A stretch of 64,000 nucleotides of DNA from Candidatus Taylorbacteria bacterium RIFCSPHIGHO2_01_FULL_46_22b (lineage in GTDB: Bacteria; Patescibacteriota; Minisyncoccia; Phycocordibacterales; DSPV01), in assembly GCA_001820875.1 (NCBI GenBank), contig MHRF01000013.1, positions 9,992 through 73,991 on the forward strand, read 5' to 3'. Below the pieces are notes generated by a model, which was not told the DNA's origin, made no database searches, and saw nothing but the letters and a program-made list of their open reading frames with translations. This document shows, one piece after another, positions 55,046 through 63,890 of the stretch. The position numbers were made by a program, and so were the translations under genes. The stretch's first letter is position 1. The number at the start of each line of letters is the position of its first letter.

Positions 55046-55773
55046 ATTAGTATCTTACCAATTTGATAAAATTCCCAGAATAACTCACCCGAAAAGTAAT
55101 CAATCCGACAAACCCCTTTATAGTGAGGCTTTTTCGATATCTTTCCTTTACTTCGCGGATCTACTTGAGCCTTATAGAACTGGCTGTTTGGAATTTTCGT
55201 AGTACGTGACCAAAATTTTTCCAGTAAAGGTATGTTCTGATCAGCTCTACATTGAACCGTACACCTAAATTTTGCTTCATCAATAGTGTAGCATGTTCGC
55301 AATAATCTCAAAAACAAACGTATTATATCTGGGTCAGAGTTTCCAAACATAATCGATCCTCGTCGAACTTTAGATCCCTCGGTTACATACAAAACAGCAA
55401 GTACAATCTTTGCCACCTCCATCTTCTCAAGGAATTTACCCAAATGCACATTTCTTCTAAAAATACCTTCAAGATACTTAATTCGTTTTTCTTTTAGAGA
55501 GCGGTGGGCAATAATTCTTGCTTTTTCAACGTGTTTTAACCTTGCTTTGATCAAACGTTGTCGAGCAGAAAAAGAAAGGGGCATATGCGTTAACCAGACT
55601 GACATAGTGCTTTTTGGGACATGCACTCCTAAAAGCTCTTGTATCTCTGAAAAAGTCTTTCCTTTTTTATATAAAGAAATTGCACTTTCTTTTATATTTC
55701 CCCATCTCTTCATGGAGAATATTGTACCATAGAGTTCATCCATGTAGTAACTGCATACATCCCCTGTCCTCAT
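55036..55773 (-). CDS. Free-standing putative LAGLIDADG-type homing-endonuclease-like protein with an N-terminal HTH
   Basis: HTH-like KGKTFSEIQELLGVHVPKSTMSVWL. LAVLYVTEGS followed by IMFGNSDPDIIRLFLRLLRT fits the LAGLIDADG motif plus helix pattern. Located between two tRNA genes. Confidence 0.4.
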   Translation of the reverse strand: MRTGDVCSYYMDELYGTIFSMKRWGNIKESAISLYKKGKTFSEIQELLGVHVPKSTMSVWLTHMPLSFSARQRLIKARLKHVEKARIIAHRSLKEKRIKYLEGIFRRNVHLGKFLEKMEVAKIVLAVLYVTEGSKVRRGSIMFGNSDPDIIRLFLRLLRTCYTIDEAKFRCTVQCRADQNIPLLEKFWSRTTKIPNSQFYKAQVDPRSKGKISKKPHYKGVCRIDYFSGELFWEFYQIGKILMGR

Positions 55774-55829
55774 CTACAACTTGATTACCCAGTGGAATTT
55801 TATTCTTCATACGCTATAATGCCTTCCAC

Positions 55830-55903
55830 GCACTCTTAGCTCAGTTGGTTAGAGCGTCCCATTCACATTGGGAAGGTCGGAGGTTCGAATCCTCCAGAGT
55901 GCA
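55830..55903 (+). tRNA. tRNA-Val (anticodon CAC)
   Basis: GCACTCT-TA-GCTC-AGTTGGTTA-GAGC-G-TCCCA-TTCACAT-TGGGA-AGGTC-GGAGG-TTCGAAT-CCTCC-AGAGTGC-A. No encoded CCA. Confidence 0.85.
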
Positions 55904-55935
55904 TTTTGCTCTAGAAAGCATTTTATGCTTTCGTG

Positions 55936-56040
55936 GAGGATTCGAAACCTGATTGAGAATAATTTTGAGTCCCGAAGGGCGAAGAAATTATCCAATCAGG
56001 GTACTGACCCTGTAAGGGTCGAATCTTGCAGGGTGCACCT
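55936..56040 (+). repeat. Two degenerate tRNA-Val 3-prime-end-like fragments downstream of tRNA-Val
   Basis: GGAGGATTCGAAACC (compare GGAGGTTCGAATCCTCC) at 55936-55950. GGGTCGAATCTTGCAGGGTGCA (compare GGTTCGAATCCTCCAGAGTGCA) at 56017-56038. A terminator-like hairpin AGCCGCCC-AAGTACAC-AGGGCGGCT follows at 56052-56078. Confidence 0.35.
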
Positions 56041-56106
56041 ATAAAACGAAAGCCGCCCAAGTACACAGGGCGGCTTTACTAGCGGTATGCTTCAGTTGAA
56101 GACTCA

Positions 56107-56496
56107 TCAGACCACATAAGTCCCGCAAGAGCAGTGCCAAGCCGAACGGTTCTGATTGGCGACAGAGATAGTGATTTGGGCCTCGTTACCCAAGTAACGA
56201 CTGCAACGGGGACATTCCCCCCATCGCGCGCGAAACAAATCAGAAAGAGAAACGACAGGAATCCGCGGTGCGGCAACTGCAATTCCCTTACTTGCAGAGC
56301 CGTACACACCATTCGCCAACGCCTTCCATGCACAGATTTCAGCGAGAGTAGGTGTGCCATTTTGCAAAATGGACAACCAACCGAGCGTCGGATCGAAGGC
56401 GACATACCCAAGTGGTCTGCCGCGATCATCGACAAGACGGCGAATACCCGTTTCCCCAGCCACAGGGGGTGGTAATTGATCAACTGTAGTCATCAT
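56107..56496 (-). CDS. Hypothetical Cys-containing small protein in a GC-rich patch (two overlapping alternative ORFs, 56079-56483 and 56107-56496; the correct frame is uncertain)
   Basis: ORF only. ...ECPRCSRYLG...WHCSCG Cys clusters in the 129-aa frame. GC clearly above the window average. Confidence 0.25.
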   Translation of the reverse strand: MMTTVDQLPPPVAGETGIRRLVDDRGRPLGYVAFDPTLGWLSILQNGTPTLAEICAWKALANGVYGSASKGIAVAAPRIPVVSLSDLFRARWGECPRCSRYLGNEAQITISVANQNRSAWHCSCGTYVV

Positions 56497-56728
56497 AGTT
56501 TGAAGTGGATTGGAATTTCAGTTGTCCTGATGAACAACCCATATTGTTTTACTCTCTCCATACTTTCCTGTCAATCGAAAGAAAAACTCGCGAATGCGAG
56601 TTTTTCTTTCTGTTCTAACTTTGAGCGAGGATATACTTTTCTAAAACCTTGCGGAGGCCAAGGGGCCGAGCAGAGAAAAATTCAGCAGAATTTTATCGTG
56701 TTTTAGAAAAGTTATATCCGAGCGACTG

Positions 56729-56968
56729 TTACATTGACGATCCGCCAGCCGGTGCTGAACTTGCACCCTTCTCGCAATTCTTACAGCGAGATTTGTGCGT
56801 TGCAATCTCGTAGATTGCCGAAGCGCCGACAAGAATATAAACGAGTCTCGAAAGCATCGAGCTCATACCTCCAAGGATTGAACCAATGTCCCACTGGAAG
56901 AGACCCACCAGAAGCCAATTAAGACCTCCCACAATGAGAAGAATGAACGCAATAGTATGCAATTTCAT
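56729..56968 (-). CDS. DUF378-family small membrane protein
   Basis: IAFILLIVGGLNWLLVGLFQWDIGSILGG...RLVYILVGASAIY matches the DUF378 (YuiB-like) pattern. Confidence 0.55.
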   Translation of the reverse strand: MKLHTIAFILLIVGGLNWLLVGLFQWDIGSILGGMSSMLSRLVYILVGASAIYEIATHKSRCKNCEKGASSAPAGGSSM

Positions 56969-57179
56969 ATATCTAATACTTAATTATAAAAAAGACTAAG
57001 CGACCGAGCGTTATTGCTCACTTACAGTATACTCTCCACATCTTCCACTTACTATAAACCCCTGTGCGTAAAATACTCGTAAAACGGCTAAGAAAAAGGA
57101 AAACCCTGCGCGGCACAATGTGCTACGCAGGGTCTCGTGACCAAAGAACCTAGCTCAACGCCTCATGATCAAGGGCCAT

Positions 57180-58796
57180 CTAGCGCGCGGGCTGGCCGCT
57201 TTTGTACACCTCTTTGATCTGCCGCTCGAGTGCGGTGATCTTGTTCGGGTCGTACACATCGTCAGCATCACCTTCGATGAGCATCTTGTGAAGCAATTCG
57301 TCGGCCACCAAAAGGTCGGCCTTCTGACCCTCCGCAAGCGTCCCACGATTGTCTCCCTCGAACCGACCGACTGCCACCGTAGCGGCATCAATCGCATCCG
57401 GAAGTGACAACCGCTGATGTGCGTACTTCGCGTGCGTCGCCAAGTAAATGGCGTAGAGATTCGAATCCGGCATCCCATCCGTACCAGTCATCGTGTTGAT
57501 TTCGGCATCCAAGATCGCTCGATGCGGGCAGATCCACTCCACCCGATCCCCAAGCCGATCCCGATAGGGAGCGTCCAGAAGAAAGTTCGGCTGCGGACAC
57601 ACCCACACCCCAAGGTCCTTTGCCATCTGAAGGGTTTCCTTCAGCGGCAAGGGTAATTCGAAGTGCTCGATTCGGAAGACTTGGGAAAACCCCCTCGTTG
57701 AAGCAAGTTTTTGCCACCGCTTCGCGGTAAGGAGTGCTTCTTGCACTCCCGAGTCACCAATCGCGTGCATGGCAACAGTGGTGATGCCATGTTTCGCAGC
57801 CTGACAGAGTGAATCCTCGACGTATTCCGGTGAATCGAACCATAGGCCTTTGCAACCAGTACCAAGGTACGGCTGCGACAGTGCCGCAGTTCGAGCACCG
57901 AAACTGCCGTCGGCGAAGAGCTTAAGGCCAACCATGCGCCGGAAGTCACTCCCCGTGAACAATCCTTCCGACTCAAGGTCGGGAAGGTTGTTGACGAGAA
58001 ACGTGATGTGCTCTGGCCGCAGGTAGATCCTCGTGATGGGAAACTCGAATCCGTACTTCTCCTGCCACCGATTACGCAGGGAGAGAACAGCACGGATCTG
58101 CATTTCCGTCCGCATGCACAAGTCGTGCACACCGGTGATGCCTTGCTTCAAATACTTCAGAAGCAGAGCTTCAATCGCCATCTCAAGCTCCAGCTGGGAA
58201 AAGGCGCTCTCGCCGACTTCCATTCCCGCCAGTCCGCAATCTTCAGTCGCCCTGCCGTCTTTGGTAAGACAGCCAGCGACATGCGGACGCGAACGCAGAA
58301 GCTCTTCGATATCAGCACCCATCGGGCGCGACACGATTGCTCCATGGAAGGATGGGTCGTACACAATGACCTTCCGGTCAGGAAACGCTTCGTCAAGATC
58401 CCGACCGGAAAGGCTGGGCACGACGGAGTTGTTCCATCCAGTGGCAATGATTGAACCCGACAGCGGCGCTGGACGAAGACGGTTAATGATTTCGGCAACT
58501 GTCGTACACCCGTACAGCGAGACCGAACTCATCATCGCAAGCGATGCGTAAAGCGCCGGATGCGTGTGAGCATCGGTCAAGCCGGGGATCAAAAGTCCCC
58601 CGACCTGTTCGACGACAATTTTCGCATGATGATCTCGGCGTTGAGCGTAAACCCAACCCCCCACATCTTGCAGGGCGCCAGACTTGACGATCAAGCCAGT
58701 TGCATCCACCACGACCGCAAGGTCGTTGTAAGCGATGCCTCCACTGATCGCGATGCGAGGAGTGAAGACGCTCAGCCCGTTCTCTTTCGTTTTCAT
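57180..58796 (-). CDS. Amidohydrolase-3 family metal-dependent hydrolase (YtcJ-like), GC-rich copy
   Basis: GLTDAHTHP. HAIGDSGVQEALLTAKRWQ. C-terminal GTDGMPDSN...EGQKADLLV motifs. Paralog of 58931-60598 but with clearly higher GC. Confidence 0.8.
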   Translation of the reverse strand: MKTKENGLSVFTPRIAISGGIAYNDLAVVVDATGLIVKSGALQDVGGWVYAQRRDHHAKIVVEQVGGLLIPGLTDAHTHPALYASLAMMSSVSLYGCTTVAEIINRLRPAPLSGSIIATGWNNSVVPSLSGRDLDEAFPDRKVIVYDPSFHGAIVSRPMGADIEELLRSRPHVAGCLTKDGRATEDCGLAGMEVGESAFSQLELEMAIEALLLKYLKQGITGVHDLCMRTEMQIRAVLSLRNRWQEKYGFEFPITRIYLRPEHITFLVNNLPDLESEGLFTGSDFRRMVGLKLFADGSFGARTAALSQPYLGTGCKGLWFDSPEYVEDSLCQAAKHGITTVAMHAIGDSGVQEALLTAKRWQKLASTRGFSQVFRIEHFELPLPLKETLQMAKDLGVWVCPQPNFLLDAPYRDRLGDRVEWICPHRAILDAEINTMTGTDGMPDSNLYAIYLATHAKYAHQRLSLPDAIDAATVAVGRFEGDNRGTLAEGQKADLLVADELLHKMLIEGDADDVYDPNKITALERQIKEVYKSGQPAR

Positions 58797-58930
58797 TCGT
58801 TTTGGTCTTTCTGTTGGTTTTTTCGTTCAGTTCGTCAGAAATTGACTATTCAATTTACAAAGGTCAGACATACGTTGACCCAATCTATATTATAACATTA
58901 ATATTAGCCACTTGCAAGTCCTTTCTGTAT

Positions 58931-60598
58931 TTATGTTCTCCCGTAAACCTGAACACCTGTTTTATAGACTGATCTAATTGATCCTTCCAATTCTGCGATT
59001 TTTGCTGGGTTCCACCCGATATCAGGATCGCCAGCGGCAAGCTGATTTATAAGTGTGGGATCAGCAACGATAATATCAGCTTGTTGTCCTTCTGAAAGCA
59101 TTCCTCTATTAGTACCCTCGAATCTACCGGTTGCAACTGTAGAGGCAAAGAGCGCTTCTGGGAGGCTTAACCGCTGATGTTCCTCTCCTGCATGTGTTGC
59201 CGCATAAATAGCGTATAGCATCGAGTCCGGCATCCCGTCAGTACCAAGCATCATAGGCACTCCCTGATTGACCATCTCGCCGTGCGGACAAATCCACTTA
59301 ACACGTTCCCCCAACCGATCTTTATATACAAAATCTAACAAAAAATTTGGTTGCGGCACCACCCACACCCCCATATTTCGGGCTTCAGCAATCGTCTGTT
59401 GCATTGGCAGTGGAAGTGAAAAATGCTCAATACGAAAAGAAGGGGAAGATGCACCTCGTGCTGCGATATCCTGCCATTTACGCGCGGTCTCAAGCGCGCG
59501 GCGAATTCCTTCGTCTCCAATCGCATGCATCGCCACGTTGGTGATTCCATGCTCGCGCGCAATCTGCAACGCCTTATTTATTTTTTCTATGTTATCAAAC
59601 CAGAGGCCTCTCCCCTTCCCACCCAGAAATGGTTCTCCCATCTTTGCGGTGTAAGAGCCGAAGCTCCCGTCAGCTAAGAGTTTCATTCCGATCAAATCGG
59701 GCATCTCTTCCCACGAAATCAGTTTGAGTTTCTGAAGTTCGTCCATGTTTTTGCCTAAATGCTCGATCATTTCGGGACGCAAATGGAATTTGGTGATTGG
59801 AAATTCAATTCCCCGCTCATCTTTCCATTTTTTCCGCAATATAAGCGCGGCCTCAAGTTCAAGAGGTGTCTGGATGATCATGTCATGCACACTCGTAATC
59901 CCCTGTCGAAGATATCCGTCAAGTTTATTCTCCACCACCTCGGAGACCTGATCCACCGAAAAACGTGCTTGAGCTATTTCAAGCGCAGACAATCCATATT
60001 CTTCGCTGACCAAACCATCCTTTTTGAGATACCCTGCAAAATCTCGAGTCTGCGCCAGACGTTCAATCTCCCGTGCCATTGATTGAGAAACCACGCCCCC
60101 ATGAAAAGATCGATCGAGGACTACTACCTCCCGCCCCCCGAACACTCTATCGATATCCGCACCAACAAGATCCCTCACCTTCGAATTGTCCATTCCGATT
60201 GCAACTAAAGGCTTGTCGCCTTCAATTTCTTTTGACGCTGTCCTAATCCGATCGAGCACCTCCTCTTTCGTCTTACAGTCGGCAAGAGAAATCGCCTTAA
60301 GAAGTTCAAGCGAGCCATAGAGAATAGGATGTTCATGTGCGTCAGTCAGTCCTGCAATTACATTTCCTCCTTCTTCTGTTCGCGAGATATGTTTTCCCCG
60401 CTTTCCTTCAGCGGCAAGCCACTCGTTAACATCATTTGTCCCGCCTGCTTTTATAATAGTTCCGATCTCGGGGTCAATAACTGCTTTAAAATCAGAGACG
60501 ACTTCTTTTCCTACGATTGCTTTTTCGGGTGATAAGACAGTGTACCCGTCGGGAGATTCAGAGTTACCTGTTTGTGGAAATTGTTCAGGTGTTTTCAT
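58931..60598 (-). CDS. Amidohydrolase-3 family metal-dependent hydrolase (YtcJ-like), AT-rich copy
   Basis: GLTDAHEHP. HAIGDEGIRRALETARKWQ. GTDGMPDSM...EGQQADIIV. Colinear with the upstream paralog. Confidence 0.8.
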   Translation of the reverse strand: MKTPEQFPQTGNSESPDGYTVLSPEKAIVGKEVVSDFKAVIDPEIGTIIKAGGTNDVNEWLAAEGKRGKHISRTEEGGNVIAGLTDAHEHPILYGSLELLKAISLADCKTKEEVLDRIRTASKEIEGDKPLVAIGMDNSKVRDLVGADIDRVFGGREVVVLDRSFHGGVVSQSMAREIERLAQTRDFAGYLKKDGLVSEEYGLSALEIAQARFSVDQVSEVVENKLDGYLRQGITSVHDMIIQTPLELEAALILRKKWKDERGIEFPITKFHLRPEMIEHLGKNMDELQKLKLISWEEMPDLIGMKLLADGSFGSYTAKMGEPFLGGKGRGLWFDNIEKINKALQIAREHGITNVAMHAIGDEGIRRALETARKWQDIAARGASSPSFRIEHFSLPLPMQQTIAEARNMGVWVVPQPNFLLDFVYKDRLGERVKWICPHGEMVNQGVPMMLGTDGMPDSMLYAIYAATHAGEEHQRLSLPEALFASTVATGRFEGTNRGMLSEGQQADIIVADPTLINQLAAGDPDIGWNPAKIAELEGSIRSVYKTGVQVYGRT

Positions 60599-60664
60599 GT
60601 GTGGCGAATTTTTCTATATTCGGAACTGGAAATAAAAGAATTAGCTCTTATACAATAAACTTTA

Positions 60665-61609
60665 TTATTTCACTTTGATATCAAGGAGATACGTAATCAG
60701 TGCCATCATCACTGCAGTCCAATCTTTGAGCATGGCGTGAGTTATACAGCGCGAATCAGCATCCGCTTCAGTCATATTTACAATCATTCTCCCATCAGTC
60801 ATCGCACCGGGCATACCATATGAAAAAGAAGATTGCTTTCCAAGTAACGCAAAATCTTTCTTCCCCATAATCTGAAAATCCTTGTTATATGCTTCAAGAT
60901 GCTTTGGGTCCTCCCCTGCCTGCGGCAACCCTTCGATGACAGAAAAATAATCCACTTCACCTATAAAATCTTTTACGGGAGCGGTAATAAATTTCGCACC
61001 AGATGCTTCTGCTTCTTTTTTAATATAGTCGGGCGTATTGAATTCAGGGATAACTGGATCGACATAAAATGTAGCTCCGTACTTCGCGAGTAATCGCGTG
61101 ATTGCCTTTGATGGTCGTGACGACTTTACCATTCCGTACATACCAACTTTCAGGTTGTCCATTTTCCCCATTTTCTTCGCAATGGTATACGCCATGCCTA
61201 GTGCTCCTGCAGAATGCTCATCTCCCCCGCACATACCATTGATCAACGGAACTGTTGCTTTCTTGGAATAAGTAGCCAAATCAAAATTCTTATGCCGTAT
61301 TCCGAGTATATCTGCAGAATCGGAAAGTGAGTTAAGAGTATCGTCCATTGATTCTTCTCCAATATTTACATAACTGCCCGCTGGCGACGGAATCCCGTTC
61401 CATCCTCCTCCAAGTCTAATGATTGCTGACTGTAATCCAGAAGCGGTTCGAGTACTCTCTTGGAAAAATCCAAGACCAAGCACTTTGCCAGGCGCCACGT
61501 GAGTGAAATCCTTTCCTTTTACATCAAAAATCTTCGCGCGGCGAAACACCTCGTCAAAATCCTCTTTGGTAAAATCGTTGACCTGTGAAAAATGCTTTAT
61601 CTTGTTCAT
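60665..61609 (-). CDS. Aspartate/ornithine carbamoyltransferase-family protein (divergent)
   Basis: FFQESTRTASG (STRT carbamoyl-phosphate motif) and the two-domain ATCase/OTCase size. The HPxQ and HCLP motifs are not obvious, so specificity is unassigned. Confidence 0.55.
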   Translation of the reverse strand: MNKIKHFSQVNDFTKEDFDEVFRRAKIFDVKGKDFTHVAPGKVLGLGFFQESTRTASGLQSAIIRLGGGWNGIPSPAGSYVNIGEESMDDTLNSLSDSADILGIRHKNFDLATYSKKATVPLINGMCGGDEHSAGALGMAYTIAKKMGKMDNLKVGMYGMVKSSRPSKAITRLLAKYGATFYVDPVIPEFNTPDYIKKEAEASGAKFITAPVKDFIGEVDYFSVIEGLPQAGEDPKHLEAYNKDFQIMGKKDFALLGKQSSFSYGMPGAMTDGRMIVNMTEADADSRCITHAMLKDWTAVMMALITYLLDIKVK

Positions 61610-61754
61610 CGTATTCTATTAAAATAACTATACTCACAGTGTAGCACTTTATAGAAATGCAAGAAAAGTCGACTTGACCACATGGGAAAGAGGACGTAAT
61701 ATCCGAAACGGAACAGTCCGGAATTAACCGACTGTAACTGGAGAAAGGACCGTT

Positions 61755-62246
61755 GTGGCCTCAAAATTGAAAGTACTTGCCGTATGCGACGGAAACGCAT
61801 TTCGGAGTCCGTTGTTTGCCGCGCTTCTGCTCAAAGCACTCGAGAAGCGAAAAATATTCGCGGTGGAAGTCTTCAGTGCCGGACTCAAAGAATCTCTCAA
61901 AACAAACAGGTCGTGCTCCGGTGCATGTGAGGAAGCACTCGCATTCGCAGCGCGAGATGAACTCGACCTCACTGCTCACTGCCGGAAACACATCAGCGAG
62001 ATCTCCCACTTGGAGACATTTGGGATGGTAATCTGTATGGATCCGCGTCACTGCGGGCACCTCCAAGCGGCTGAGGTAGAACAGCGTCAAATCTGGATCG
62101 CGAACGAAAGTGCTGGAGGTATCGAGGATCCGCACGGGGAAGGCCCTGCAGAACATCAGAGATGTTTTGACTTGCTTCAGAGGGAAGCAGTGATAATTGC
62201 GGACCACATCGAAATAGAACACTTCGACCACGCGGAAGAAGTGTGA
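61755..62246 (+). CDS. Low-molecular-weight protein-tyrosine phosphatase / ArsC-like (LMWPc) protein
   Basis: VLAVCDGNAFRSPLFAAL is the CX5R(S) P-loop. Downstream DP motif (IEDPHGE). GTG/TTG start. Locally GC-rich. Confidence 0.6.
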   Translation: MASKLKVLAVCDGNAFRSPLFAALLLKALEKRKIFAVEVFSAGLKESLKTNRSCSGACEEALAFAARDELDLTAHCRKHISEISHLETFGMVICMDPRHCGHLQAAEVEQRQIWIANESAGGIEDPHGEGPAEHQRCFDLLQREAVIIADHIEIEHFDHAEEV

Positions 62247-62274
62247 GTGTCAAAAGATTGATCAGACTCTGGAA

Positions 62275-62310
62275 GGCCCGTAGCGCTAGCGCTGCGGGCT
62301 CCTCTTTTTT
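62275..62310 (+). terminator. Rho-independent terminator after the LMW-PTP gene
   Basis: GCCCGTAGCGC-TA-GCGCTGCGGGC, then TCCTCTTTTTTTT. Confidence 0.7.
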
Positions 62311-62315
62311 TTACA

Positions 62316-63791
62316 TTAAGACAATTTCCGCACTACGCCTCTTTCTGCATCAACTTCAAGCTGATCGCCATCTTTGAAGATCTCGGTTGCATTCTCAATT
62401 CCCACCACGCACGGGATACCAAACTCGCGCGACACGACAGACACATGCGCGGTCAATCCTCCTTCTTCTGCAACCACTGCTCCTGATTTTTTGATAATCG
62501 AAACAAAATCGGGACTCGTATTGGTTACCACCAATATATCGCCATCACGCAGTTTCCCAAAATCCTTTTTCTCTAGAACAACACGCGCTATACCGCGAGC
62601 GTTGCCACGCGACGCGACGCGTCCTTTGAATTCTTTTTGAGAACTAAAAGCGATTGACGCATGTTCTGCAATGAATTTCTCCGCATCATCCCCCGTCAAA
62701 AAAACGAGTTTTCCATCCGGTGCCCCAATACACACATTTTGACGTACACGTTCTTTGACAAATCCTTCATCAGGTTTTTTGCCGTCCAGTAACGCAAAAA
62801 TTTCATCAGGAACAAGATCTTTAATATACTCGAGAGAGACTCCAGATTTTTTTGCTATTTCCGCAAGCACCCACTCTCCGCGATATTCAAGTTCATTGAT
62901 CGCACACTTGTAATAATCTTTAAGATAAGTCGCCCATGATGCAACCTGCACAATTGCTTTCCCTTTTTTATCAAGCCCCTCTAAAAGCCGCGCCTGACTA
63001 TGTTCTTCTTCAGCAATTTGATTTTTCATTGCAACAAGCGCGAGTTCAGGATCTTTCCCTGCAAAATCAAGAATTTCTTTTTCATAATCTGCAAAAACTT
63101 TCGGCGGTTCGTCAAAATATCCCATTTCACTCCATGCATAACTATCAACAAGTTTTTGAACTTTCTTTTGATACTTCGTGGTGCCTTTTACCAATGTCCC
63201 CCGAGCAACCCCTACAGATACATCAAGAATTGCTAAACGTTCCTCTGCGTTGAAAGGACACTTGATAGGAAGCGCCGCGATGGCAAGTGCAGTGTCTACG
63301 TCAGACACACCTCGAAAAAGGGTACGCAATTTTTCAATAACCGCACGGTCAATCATTCTTAAATTTCCCGCGCAAACCATCATGTTCCAATACAGATCCA
63401 TGTAACTCTTAAGAAGAGTTTTGAGTTCTTCAGAAGAATAATCTCGGGACTCACGTGTAAATGTTTTCCGAGCAAAGACACGAAGACGAGAAAGGTGGGT
63501 CTCCATTTTCTCAAGATGTTTAGAGCTCTTGAGATATCGATCAATATAAAATCCTAAAAAATCTTCGAGCGTCTGTCCCTGTGGGGGAAAGAGGTAAAAC
63601 TTAGTGAGATGGTTCTTTGATATTACCGATATTCCTATTTTATGTGGATACGTAGGGTGTGTGTGAGAGACTTGTTCACAGATAAAATATTCAAAAAAGG
63701 TATAGCAGGCACGCCCTCCTTCCGGAGAAAGTTCTATTTTTTCAAGTTCCTCGCTCGTAAAGCTCTTATAAGATGAAAATGTCTGTATCAT
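62316..63791 (-). CDS. PEP-utilizing-enzyme mobile-domain protein (PpsA/PPDK-like C-terminal phosphohistidine domain; no ATP-grasp N-domain)
   Basis: C-terminal GGLTAHVSVVSREFGIPCVVG matches the GGxTSHAAIIARExGIPxVVG phosphohistidine domain. N-terminal 360 aa are helical and of unknown function. Confidence 0.65.
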   Translation of the reverse strand: MIQTFSSYKSFTSEELEKIELSPEGGRACYTFFEYFICEQVSHTHPTYPHKIGISVISKNHLTKFYLFPPQGQTLEDFLGFYIDRYLKSSKHLEKMETHLSRLRVFARKTFTRESRDYSSEELKTLLKSYMDLYWNMMVCAGNLRMIDRAVIEKLRTLFRGVSDVDTALAIAALPIKCPFNAEERLAILDVSVGVARGTLVKGTTKYQKKVQKLVDSYAWSEMGYFDEPPKVFADYEKEILDFAGKDPELALVAMKNQIAEEEHSQARLLEGLDKKGKAIVQVASWATYLKDYYKCAINELEYRGEWVLAEIAKKSGVSLEYIKDLVPDEIFALLDGKKPDEGFVKERVRQNVCIGAPDGKLVFLTGDDAEKFIAEHASIAFSSQKEFKGRVASRGNARGIARVVLEKKDFGKLRDGDILVVTNTSPDFVSIIKKSGAVVAEEGGLTAHVSVVSREFGIPCVVGIENATEIFKDGDQLEVDAERGVVRKLS

Positions 63792-63890
63792 GTGGTTTTG
63801 ACCATACTAACCACACAGGGCTCTACGTCAACCCACCCACTTCGCGGTTCCGGTAAACTTCTATTCATTTTGTACGATATATCAAACAAA

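Noticed and set aside
57641-58551. Additional 148-172-aa ORFs on both strands within the GC-rich amidohydrolase gene
   Set aside because: Alternative-frame ORFs are expected in GC-rich sequence. The amidohydrolase frame has family motifs.
61761-62231. 156-aa minus-strand ORF
   Set aside because: Antisense to the LMW-PTP gene, which carries a clear CX5R motif. GC-rich regions generate long spurious ORFs.
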